Source: Acidobacteriota bacterium
GTDB lineage: Bacteria > Acidobacteriota > Terriglobia > 2-12-FULL-54-10
NCBI GenBank assembly: GCA_016191085.1
Contig: JACPPJ010000031.1
Coordinates: 261 to 64,260 of the forward strand
DNA length: 64,000 nt
Direction of reading: 5' to 3'
Of the stretch, positions 1-7,665 are shown piece after piece. Position 1 is the stretch's first letter, and the number at the start of each line of letters is the position of its first letter. The notes below the pieces were generated by a model that was not told the origin of the DNA, did no database searches, and worked only from the letters and a program-made list of their open reading frames with translations. A program made the translations under genes and the position numbers.

Positions 1-141
1 TGGCTGTACAACATCTTGGAGAGTCGCATCTGGGAAAAAGAACAGAACCGTGTAGGAGCCCGGTTTGACGAGTCCAAGACATGGGTCATCGTACCCGTTC
101 GGTTCAATATGCCACTGCTCGAAAACCAATACAGCGGGTAG
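1..141 (+). CDS. 3' end of an unidentified CDS entering from upstream of the window
   Basis: The frame is open from base 1 to the TAG at 139-141 (…WVIVPVRFNMPLLENQYSG*). I do not recognise a family. Confidence 0.25.
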   Translation, partial: WLYNILESRIWEKEQNRVGARFDESKTWVIVPVRFNMPLLENQYSG

Positions 142-191
142 CCACGACGAAAGCTTTTGCCGCTGTTGTTTTGTCCGCCGGTCCAGCCTGT

Positions 192-438
192 TCAGGCGGC
201 GGGGACCTTCTCCTCATTCCGTATCGTAATGCTTGGATTCGAATTCTGCGGCGGCACGGGCAGCCCTTGAGCGAGCAGGAGCGACACATGTTCTTTCATG
301 CCCCATCTCGCCTGGTACAGGCAATCCTCCACGGAATGGCCCGATTCCGGTGAAGCCTTCGAGGTCAGGTGAGTAGAAGCCGAAATAATCCAGCTCTTCG
401 GTCGCCTCGATAACCAGGGAGTACGGTAAGTCGATCAT
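192..438 (-). pseudogene. hicB: HicB-family antitoxin, apparently frameshifted
   Basis: The N-terminus MIDLPYSLVIEATEELDYFGFYSPDLEGFTGIG is HicB-like. The expected continuation HSVEDCLYQARWGMKEHVSLLLAQGLPVPPQNSNPSITIRNEEKVPAA* lies in another frame, switching near the GGCCC run at 338-343. The ATG sits 12 nt downstream of the hicA stop. Confidence 0.6.
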
Positions 439-450
439 ATGGTCCTCTCA

Positions 451-640
451 TCAGGGCTTCTGGATGCCGGCGGCCTTCAGGATGGCATGACACGTCCCTG
501 TGGGGACTTCTTTGGAGCCGTGATAGTCCACCCGAAGCAGCTTCGCCGATCCCGGGTTCCCATAGTATCTGACTGATCTTTTTTTTCACGAGACTGAAGC
601 CGTTCTCTTCCAGCAATCGAATCAACTCGTCGAATCTCAC
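451..640 (-). pseudogene. hicA: HicA-family mRNA interferase toxin, apparently frameshifted in a homopolymer
   Basis: MRFDELIRLLEENGFSLVKKK is followed in a second frame by RSVRYYGNPGSAKLLRVDYHGSKEVPTGTCHAILKAAGIQKP*. The switch is at the 8-nt A run (T run 579-586 on the + strand); 7 A would restore the frame. Confidence 0.65.
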
Positions 641-891
641 GTGTTGCTCTCTTGCGCAAGAATATCACAGGCGTACTCCTTACCCTCAATCCGCCTCCGG
701 CTTAGCTCCTACTCTGGCCACTGAACAGTCACTTGAATATATTGCTGGTTCACTGGTCGATTTCATCTAATCGTTGTGGATAAATGGCGGTGGAATTTCA
801 GTTGACCCCGTGCACGTCGATAGGGCACTATTTTCTCAGAGTCGTTCTGTTTCATTGGCCTACTCAGTTAAGTGGCGGAGTGAATAACCGT

Positions 892-2082
892 ATGCCGAAA
901 CCCTCTCCGAAACGGCTCCGTTGTGCGGCTTCCCGCACCAAAATCCTACTGTGGACCGCGGTACTGCTGGCTTCGGCGGCGCCTGCAATCAGCGTCGGCG
1001 AGGCGCAATCCAGCGCGCCGATTCTCCAAAATGCACCACAACGCCGGCCAGCCATCTCTCGGGCCGAGTTCTCTGAGATGGTGCGACTGTTCGCCGAGGA
1101 AGAGGGAAGCTTTTTCTCCGACAATTTTGTATCCAACGAGACGGGCTATCTCCACGTCATAGGTAAGCTGAAGCGATTGGGGGTAAGCGGCGGCGCTTAC
1201 GTCGGCGTGGGTCCGGAGCAGAACTTCACGTATATTTCGAAAATCCGTCCCGAGATTGCTTTCATTGTGGACATTCGGCGCGGGGCCATCATCCAGCACC
1301 TGATGTACAAGGCGATTTTCGAGTTGGCCCCCGATCGCTCGCGATTCCTATCGCTCTTGTTCAGCAAACCGCTGGAAGGGAAGTTTGTTCCGGGGCGCGA
1401 CGCTTCTGCCGGAGAATTGGTGCAGTATTTCACGACTACTCCTTCGCAAGACGACCTCTTCAATCAGAATCTCGCTACGATCCGCAAGACCATTGAAAAA
1501 GGTTTCGACATTTCCCTTTCGCCGCACGACGAGCAGTTGCTGAACCGCGTCTATAACGCCTTTCGCGAGGCGAACCTGCGCATCTCCACGCGCTGGTCGA
1601 GCGGAGCCTGGTATGGAGGATTCCCCACCTTGAAGGATCTGTTTCTGGCCACGGATCTAAGCGGCAAGAACGGCAACTTCATAGCCACGCATGCAGACTA
1701 TCAATTCTTGCGCAATATGCACAAAAACAACCGCATCGTCCCAGTCGTCGGCGATTTCGCCGGCAAGAAGGCCCTGGCGGTCGTCGGCCACTATTTGAAG
1801 GAGAACGGCTATACGGTCTCGGCATTTTATACCTCGAACGTAGAGCAATACCTTTTTGGAGATCAGGTCTTCGATAATTTCGCCGAGAACGTCCGCAGAC
1901 TTCCCATCAATGAGAAGAGCGTGTTCATCCGTGCAGCGCGCGGCGGGCGGCGGTACCGCAATTTCCGAATGACCACCGTGTTGCAGAAAATCTCCGTCTT
2001 CCTCAAGGATTTCGATGAGGGCGCTTACACCGATTACGGCGCCTTGGTCACCACGCATCACATCTTCGGAGACGAACCATGA
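892..2082 (+). CDS. Secreted hypothetical protein, tandem paralog 1 (Rossmann/methyltransferase-like G-x-G and acidic beta-2 motifs)
   Basis: The long ORF is 784..2082. The internal ATG at 892 gives a signal-peptide-like N-terminus (MPKPSPKRLRCAASRTKILLWTAVLLASAAPAISVGEA). It is strongly similar to the next ORF (…EEEGSFFSDNFVSNETxYLHxxxKLKxLGVxGGAYxGVGPEQNFTYIxKxRPxIAFIVDIRRGA…). I cannot name the family. Confidence 0.7.
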   Translation: MPKPSPKRLRCAASRTKILLWTAVLLASAAPAISVGEAQSSAPILQNAPQRRPAISRAEFSEMVRLFAEEEGSFFSDNFVSNETGYLHVIGKLKRLGVSGGAYVGVGPEQNFTYISKIRPEIAFIVDIRRGAIIQHLMYKAIFELAPDRSRFLSLLFSKPLEGKFVPGRDASAGELVQYFTTTPSQDDLFNQNLATIRKTIEKGFDISLSPHDEQLLNRVYNAFREANLRISTRWSSGAWYGGFPTLKDLFLATDLSGKNGNFIATHADYQFLRNMHKNNRIVPVVGDFAGKKALAVVGHYLKENGYTVSAFYTSNVEQYLFGDQVFDNFAENVRRLPINEKSVFIRAARGGRRYRNFRMTTVLQKISVFLKDFDEGAYTDYGALVTTHHIFGDEP

Positions 2083-3263
2083 CATTGAGCTTGCGTTGCG
2101 GACCGCTGTTGCTGGCAGCCTCATTGGTTTTGGTCAACGGCCTGTTCGGAAGCCTGGCGGCGCAGAACACACCTGCTGCGCGTGCCGTCACGAAGCGATC
2201 TGTCACAGCCAACAAAGCCATAACGGCTGCGGAATTCTCGCGCATAGTGCGCTATTTTTCCGAAGAAGAGGGTAGCTTCTTTTCCGACAACTTCGTCTCA
2301 AACGAGACGGCTTATCTGCACATCGTAGACAAGCTGAAGGAACTGGGAGTAGCCGGCGGAGCCTACATCGGAGTCGGCCCGGAGCAGAACTTCACTTATA
2401 TCGCCAAGGTCCGGCCCAAGATCGCGTTTATCGTTGATATCCGCCGCGGTGCCATGATTCAGCACCTCATGTACAAGGCCCTATTCCACATGGCGTCGGA
2501 TCGTGTGCACTTTCTGTCTCTCTTGTTCAGTAAGCCGCTGCAAGGGGAGGCGCCGGGCCGCGATGCCTCGGCGACGGAGTTGGTGGACTACTTTAACAAT
2601 GTAGCCACGGAGGACAAGGCGTACGAGGAGACCTTGGCCGCTCTCCGCAACATGCTCGAGCAAGATTTCGAGTTCCCCCTTTCCGCGCGTGACGGCCAGA
2701 TATTAGAGCACGTCTACAGCGCTTTTCAGCGTGGCAATTTAGATATCTCGTTCCGGTTTGCGGGAGCAATGGGCGCTTGGTACGGCGGGTTTCCAACTCT
2801 GCGTGATCTGATGCTGGAGAAAGACCTCCGCGGCAAACAAGGGAATTTTTTGGCCAGCGAGAATGATTTTGGGTTCATCCGCGACCTGCACCGCAAGAAC
2901 CGCATCATCCCCGTGGTGGGCGACTTCGCCGGCTCGAAAGCTTTTGCAGTGCTGGGTGATTATCTGAAAGAGAACGGCTACACCGTTTCGGCATTCTATG
3001 TTTCCAACGTGGAGCAGTTTCTGTTCGGCGATCGCGTATTCGGCGCGTTTGCAGAAAACGTGCGCAGGCTGCCGATTAACGAGCGCAGCGTGATCATTCG
3101 CTCGCTGCGGGTCGGAGCGGGTCACCCCGCCCATGTTCCAGGCCATCGCATGGCCACCGTCTTGCAGAAGATGCAAGTCTTCCTCGACGATTTCGACGCA
3201 GGCCGCTTCCCAGATTATTGGAGCCTCGCCGTCACCGATTTCATCACCGGCAACGAACCATGA
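2079..3263 (+). CDS. Secreted hypothetical protein, tandem paralog 2
   Basis: A 394-aa ORF with an ATGA start/stop overlap with the upstream paralog. It has a hydrophobic N-terminal signal and is collinear with paralog 1 along its whole length. Confidence 0.75.
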   Translation: MTLSLRCGPLLLAASLVLVNGLFGSLAAQNTPAARAVTKRSVTANKAITAAEFSRIVRYFSEEEGSFFSDNFVSNETAYLHIVDKLKELGVAGGAYIGVGPEQNFTYIAKVRPKIAFIVDIRRGAMIQHLMYKALFHMASDRVHFLSLLFSKPLQGEAPGRDASATELVDYFNNVATEDKAYEETLAALRNMLEQDFEFPLSARDGQILEHVYSAFQRGNLDISFRFAGAMGAWYGGFPTLRDLMLEKDLRGKQGNFLASENDFGFIRDLHRKNRIIPVVGDFAGSKAFAVLGDYLKENGYTVSAFYVSNVEQFLFGDRVFGAFAENVRRLPINERSVIIRSLRVGAGHPAHVPGHRMATVLQKMQVFLDDFDAGRFPDYWSLAVTDFITGNEP

Positions 3264-3380
3264 GGGCAGCGGAACCCGCGGCCCCGAGGTAATGGGGCTC
3301 GTGCCTCTACCCTGTGAGCTACGGCGGCGTGTCTGCGCGCTCCGAGCTGGATTCAAACCAGCGCGCACGAGATTCACATA

Positions 3381-3791
3381 ATGCGATCTGGGTTTGCTAA
3401 ATTTGTCGTCCGGGTACAGGCGACAATATTTGCGGCGCACGCTGTGGTGTATTGGACCTGGACAAGCTTTTCATCCTCGGCCGACCCTCCAGGAATTTCC
3501 AGCGTCCAACTCATATTTGTACTGCTGTCGGTCAGCTTCGTCAGCGGATCGTTTCTGGCTTGGCGGTATTCTCACGTGATCGCAAGAGTGTTCTACAAGA
3601 TTGCGGCCGTGTGGCTGGGTGCGCTGAATTTTTGCTTTATAGCGGCCTGCTGCTGGCTGATCTATGGCGCGGCACTGGTCTTTGGATACCGCCCCAGCCA
3701 GCCTGTTGTTGCGCAGGTACTCTTTGGCTTGGCAATCGCTGTCAGCATCTATGGCGTCGTGAACGCCGCCTGGACGCGCGTCCGCATGTGA
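3381..3791 (+). CDS. Multi-pass membrane protein; corresponds to the N-terminal membrane module of membrane-anchored metallophosphoesterases
   Basis: A 136-aa ORF with about 4 hydrophobic segments. It ends in ATGTGA, which overlaps a GTG at 3788 that opens the phosphoesterase frame. Confidence 0.55.
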   Translation: MRSGFAKFVVRVQATIFAAHAVVYWTWTSFSSSADPPGISSVQLIFVLLSVSFVSGSFLAWRYSHVIARVFYKIAAVWLGALNFCFIAACCWLIYGAALVFGYRPSQPVVAQVLFGLAIAVSIYGVVNAAWTRVRM

Positions 3792-4516
3792 GCGTGCAAT
3801 TGCCGAACCTGCCCGAACCTTGGCGCGGCCGCGTGGCGGCTCTGGTGAGCGATACACATCTGGGCCACGTGAGGGGCCGTCGCTTCCTGCATCGGATCGT
3901 CAAGCTGTTGCGACGCACGCAGCCGGACGTCGTGTTCCTCGCCGGTGATATTTACGATGGCACCGCGGCTGATTGTGATCGTCTCGCCGAACCGTTGCGG
4001 GAGTTGAAGCCGCCCTTGGGCGTATATTACGTTACCGGAAATCATGAGGAGTTCACTGACCGCAGCAAATACATGAGAGCTATTGCACGAACCGGGGTGC
4101 GATTGTTGAACAATGAGAAGCTGGAACTCGATGGCCTGCAAATCGTGGGTATGCACTACTCCGAGTCGGTGAACCGGGATATGTTCCGGGCTGTGCTAAA
4201 TCGGGTTGCCCTGGACCGCAGCCGTCCCGTCGTGTTGCTGAAGCATTCGCCCGATCGTTTGAAAATGTCCGAACAGGCAGCCATATCGCTGGTGCTTTGC
4301 GGCCATACGCATGGCGGCCAGTTCTTTCCGTTTACCAGAATCACCAAGCACATCTATGGGCAATTCGTGCACGGCCTAAATCGCATTGGAAACCTGGTAG
4401 TGTTTACTTCGGTTGGCGCAGGCACATGGGGTCCGCCATTGCGCATCGGACCCAATCCGGAAATTGTGCTGATCCGTTTCGAGAATAGCTACGCGCAACA
4501 GCCCGGAACGTTGTAA
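3788..4516 (+). CDS. Calcineurin-like metallophosphoesterase (catalytic module)
   Basis: Motifs seen: LVSDTHLGH, FLAGDIYDG, VTGNHE, LLKHSP and CGHTHGGQ. The ORF-track frame opens further upstream (3452), but that stretch overlaps the membrane ORF. A GTG at 3788 is the plausible start if the gene is genuinely separate. Confidence 0.75.
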   Translation: MSVQLPNLPEPWRGRVAALVSDTHLGHVRGRRFLHRIVKLLRRTQPDVVFLAGDIYDGTAADCDRLAEPLRELKPPLGVYYVTGNHEEFTDRSKYMRAIARTGVRLLNNEKLELDGLQIVGMHYSESVNRDMFRAVLNRVALDRSRPVVLLKHSPDRLKMSEQAAISLVLCGHTHGGQFFPFTRITKHIYGQFVHGLNRIGNLVVFTSVGAGTWGPPLRIGPNPEIVLIRFENSYAQQPGTL

Positions 4517-4565
4517 ACTGTTTTGATTAGCGGAAAAGCAATTCCACATCCAACAGGGGTGAACG

Positions 4566-5522
4566 ATGCGAACACAAACTCCGAAGCCTGTGCAAGTGTG
4601 CGGAAAACACGAATCCAGGGATCTGAGACGCGGCGTACTGTTTGTCGCGGCGGCGATGATTCTGATGGCGGGCCAATCTCTGGTGGCGCAGCAATTGACC
4701 ATACCGCCTCGCGCCAACAACACCAATTACAGGAAGGAGCCATTCCGCATCATCGGGGATATTTATTGGGTGGGACATACTGAAATCGGCGCGTATCTGA
4801 TCAAGACGCCTGCCGGTTCGATTTTGATGGACACCACTTCGCTTGAGCAGTCGGAGTGGGTGCGGGAAAACCTCGATAAGCTGGGCGTGAAGATGAAGGA
4901 CATCAAAATCCTCATTAACTCTCACGAGCATGCCGAGCACATGGCTGGACTCGCCAAGTTCAAACAACTGAGCGGAGCGAAGCTGATCGCGTCGAAGCCG
5001 ACTGCCGACCAACTCGCCGTTGGCGGGCGCACCGATTTCCGCGAGAACGGGAGCGAACAGTATCCGCCTGTCAAAGCCGATCAGATCATTGAAGACGGCG
5101 GCAAGGTACAGCTGGGCGGCACGGTCCTGACTGCACACCTCACGCCAGGACATAGCAAAGGCTGCACCACCTGGACGACTACGGTTGAAGAAGACGGCAG
5201 GAAATACAATGTGGTGTGGGTTTGCGTCATGACCCCTTCCGGGCCCGATCGCGCGCCGCTCATTAATAACGCAAAGTATCCCAATATCGTAGAAGACTAC
5301 CAGCGTTCGTTCGCTTTTTTGACATCGATCCCATGCGATGTATGCCTGTACACTCGCGCAACCAACATGAAGCTGGCCGAAAAGCAGGCGCGCTTGGAGA
5401 AAGGCGAGAAACCCAATCCATTCATTGATCCCGCCGGTTGCAAACCCATCATAAAAGAAGCCGAAGACCTGTTCAACAAACTCCTCGCAGAGCAGCGCAC
5501 AGCCGCAAAGATCCAGGAATGA
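4566..5522 (+). CDS. Metallo-beta-lactamase-fold protein, subclass-B3-like, with non-canonical metal-ligand motif
   Basis: B3-like layout: YWVGHTEIGAYLIKTPAGSILMD, INSHEHAEHMAG, LTPGHSKGCTTW. There is an N-terminal signal-like segment. The motif is H-E-H-A-E-H instead of H-x-H-x-D-H. Confidence 0.7.
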   Translation: MRTQTPKPVQVCGKHESRDLRRGVLFVAAAMILMAGQSLVAQQLTIPPRANNTNYRKEPFRIIGDIYWVGHTEIGAYLIKTPAGSILMDTTSLEQSEWVRENLDKLGVKMKDIKILINSHEHAEHMAGLAKFKQLSGAKLIASKPTADQLAVGGRTDFRENGSEQYPPVKADQIIEDGGKVQLGGTVLTAHLTPGHSKGCTTWTTTVEEDGRKYNVVWVCVMTPSGPDRAPLINNAKYPNIVEDYQRSFAFLTSIPCDVCLYTRATNMKLAEKQARLEKGEKPNPFIDPAGCKPIIKEAEDLFNKLLAEQRTAAKIQE

Positions 5523-5858
5523 CGGGGATTCACTCCAGAAGGAGATTCTCTGTTGAAAAAGTGGGAAAGAAAGTAGAGGGTACTCCGAGAAGAACCGGGA
5601 TAGCACTGGGGTAAGTAGTGGAGCAAGGATGGGATCAGTTGCGTGAGCAAATCCTGGAGCAGTTGATCGAGGCTTTACTGATAGCGGAACGGGATCGGCG
5701 GTTGCGGGAGCGGAAACAGGCCGCGAGAAGGTATAGATACGGTGCGCAAAGGCTGGCAGACCCTGTGGGGCGAACTGCGGCAGGTAAGAGTACCGCTCCT
5801 GCGAGGCAGCATCCAGCTTTCAACAGAATTGCTGGACAATGCCAGAACACCCGGCCAG

Positions 5859-5888
5859 TTGGCGAAACCCTGCCGTTTCTGTTACAAT
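5859..5888 (+). promoter_or_regulatory. Candidate sigma-70-type promoter of rpmB
   Basis: TTGGCG (5859-5864), a 17-18 nt spacer, then TGTTACAAT with TACAAT at 5883-5888. It lies about 25 nt upstream of the rpmB ATG. Confidence 0.35.
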
Positions 5889-5911
5889 TTTGCTTCACTC
5901 GGGAGATTGAT

Positions 5912-6100
5912 ATGGCAAAGGTTTGTGAAGTCTGCGGCAAAGGACCGCGGTTCGGGAACAAGATCAGCCACGCTCACAACGTCAGCAAGCGGCGCTGGAA
6001 TGTGAACCTGCATCTCGTGCGCGCTATCGTCAATCGTGGTCATGCCTGGATACGCGTGTGTACCTCCTGTATCCGCTCGGGCAAGATTGTCAAAGCTTAA
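5912..6100 (+). CDS. rpmB: 50S ribosomal protein L28
   Basis: MAKVCEVCGKGPRFGNKISHAHNVSKRRWNVNLHLVRAIVNRGHAWIRVCTSCIRSGKIVKA is a typical L28. The ORF-track extension back to 5618 is not supported. Confidence 0.9.
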   Translation: MAKVCEVCGKGPRFGNKISHAHNVSKRRWNVNLHLVRAIVNRGHAWIRVCTSCIRSGKIVKA

Positions 6101-6222
6101 GCGTTTTTTCGCCCAACTATCAGAACTACCTTTTTTTACGCCCACGAGAAACCGGCGCGGACGGCGCACCGTCCAACTTCAATAGTTACTTGAATTAACC
6201 GCCGCTTCGGCCAAGAGGTCCT

Positions 6223-7620
6223 ATGCTCCGACTGTTACGCTTCTCTTCCGCGAGTGCACTCGTGTTGGTACTCAGCTCACTCCTTGGCGTGGGCACGTGG
6301 GTATCGCTGACCGGCAACACCCTACCCGCTGTCATGTACCGCGCGCCTTTGCCGCCTACAGGGTCTCCGCAACTGGTTTCTGTTGGGCTGCTGCCGCAGG
6401 CCCAAACCGAGGGCGAGATGTGCGAGTGGGTTCCGGCCAGCAGCCAGGAGCGGCTCGTGGCTATACCGCAGGAGAGGATGGCACGGACATCCACCGCAGC
6501 GGCCGAAGAAACCGGCCGAACCGCCGTATTGATAGAGCGCGCGCCACAACGAGTCATCAAGGATCCGTATCCGACCTACAGCGCGGTAGCGCTGGACCCC
6601 ATTTCGCGTGAAGTCGTTTTGCAAGACGAGAATCTGTTCCAGATCGTGACGTTCGATCAGAACGCCAACACTCCTCCAACGGCAAACTTCACCGAGCCCA
6701 AGCGCATCATCGGCGGCCACAACACGAAAATCGAATTCAACTGCGCGCTCTACGTTGATCCAAAGAACGGAGACATTTACTCCGTCAACAATGACACGCT
6801 GGACACGCTGGTCATCTTTGACCGCTCTGTCAGAGGAGACCAACCGCCCACACGCGAGCTCCGCACGCCCCATCGCACCTACGGAATTGCCGTCGATGAA
6901 GGGCAGAATGAGATGTACCTTACCGTGCAGGACCCGCCCATGGTGGTGATCTACGACAAGAACGCGATAGGCAACGACAAGCCGAAGAGAGTGATTCGCG
7001 GCAACAAAACCCGCCTGCAAGATGCGCACGGAATCGCGCTTAACAAGAAGGGCGGCTTGATATACGTGGCCAATTATGGAAACTACGCCCAGTACAGAGA
7101 CGGCGGCGGCAACAACCTGCCTGGGCGCAGCGATGACGACATGATCCGGGGCAGCGGCAAGTTTGCACCGCCGTCGATTGCCGTTTTCAAAATCGATGCC
7201 ATGGGCGACACGGCTCCCATCGGCCTGATCCAAGGGCCAAAGACAATGCTCAATTGGCCCGCTCACCTGTTCTATGATGAACAGCACCAGGAGCTTTTCG
7301 TGGCCAATGACGGAGACCATTCGGTGTTGGTCTTCCGGTCCATGGATACCGGGGACGTCGCTCCTACTCGTTTCATCAAAGGACCAAAGAGTCAGATAAA
7401 GAATCCGACGGGCGTGGCGGTGGATTCGAAAACGGACGAGCTGTTCGTCTCTAATATGGGCAACCATTCAGCCACCGTTTACAAGCGCACCGCGTCGGGC
7501 GATGTGCCGCCGATCCGAACCATCCGCAGCGCGCCCTCAGGTGCACCCGCTCTCCAGATCGGCAATCCCGGTGCGGTAGCATACGACACCAAACGCGACC
7601 AAATACTGGTTCCCAACTGA
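6223..7620 (+). CDS. Secreted beta-propeller repeat protein (NHL/YncE/lactonase-like blades), N-terminal part; ends at an in-frame TGA (locus A)
   Basis: It has a signal/anchor N-terminus and repeated blades of the form PxRxIxGxxTxLxxPxGxAxDxxxxELxVxNxxxxSxxVF. It is paralogous to 30424..31875 and 32049..33416. Confidence 0.8.
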   Translation: MLRLLRFSSASALVLVLSSLLGVGTWVSLTGNTLPAVMYRAPLPPTGSPQLVSVGLLPQAQTEGEMCEWVPASSQERLVAIPQERMARTSTAAAEETGRTAVLIERAPQRVIKDPYPTYSAVALDPISREVVLQDENLFQIVTFDQNANTPPTANFTEPKRIIGGHNTKIEFNCALYVDPKNGDIYSVNNDTLDTLVIFDRSVRGDQPPTRELRTPHRTYGIAVDEGQNEMYLTVQDPPMVVIYDKNAIGNDKPKRVIRGNKTRLQDAHGIALNKKGGLIYVANYGNYAQYRDGGGNNLPGRSDDDMIRGSGKFAPPSIAVFKIDAMGDTAPIGLIQGPKTMLNWPAHLFYDEQHQELFVANDGDHSVLVFRSMDTGDVAPTRFIKGPKSQIKNPTGVAVDSKTDELFVSNMGNHSATVYKRTASGDVPPIRTIRSAPSGAPALQIGNPGAVAYDTKRDQILVPN

Positions 7621-7641
7621 GTAGCTCACCCGCAGATTGCG

Positions 7642-7665
7642 GCCTTCGCCAGGATGGCGAAAGGC
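7642..7665 (+). promoter_or_regulatory. Candidate recoding (SECIS-like) hairpin 3' of the TGA at 7618-7620
   Basis: Sequence gcc-ttcgcca-GGA-tggcgaa-a-ggc: 10 bp with a 1-nt bulge and apical GGA, with the loop 31 nt after the TGA. Equivalent hairpins sit at the same offset in the two paralogs. Confidence 0.4.

Noticed and set aside
3264-3380. A tRNA-like stretch on the minus strand (…gccgccGTAGCTCAcagGGTAGAGg… plus a gctgg-tttgaat-ccagc hairpin) downstream of the second tandem paralog.
   Set aside because: A D-arm-like segment and a possible CAT anticodon stem can be drawn. However, the anticodon loop lacks U33, there is no canonical T-arm (no GTTCGAAT-type loop with C56), and there is no matching acceptor 3' strand. 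At most it is a tRNA fragment or a coincidence.
192-3791. The idea that the frameshifts in hicA, hicB and the phosphoesterase are programmed ribosomal frameshift sites.
   Set aside because: There are no slippery heptamer plus structure arrangements. The sites are simple short homopolymers, or an ATGTGA junction. Decay, gene fission or sequencing error are much simpler explanations.
5618-5911. A 98-codon in-frame extension upstream of rpmB (MEQGWDQLREQILEQLIEALL…), which superficially resembles a helical transposase piece.
   Set aside because: L28 is a ~62-aa protein. A promoter-like TTGGCG-N17/18-TACAAT sits inside the extension, and I could not substantiate any family match.
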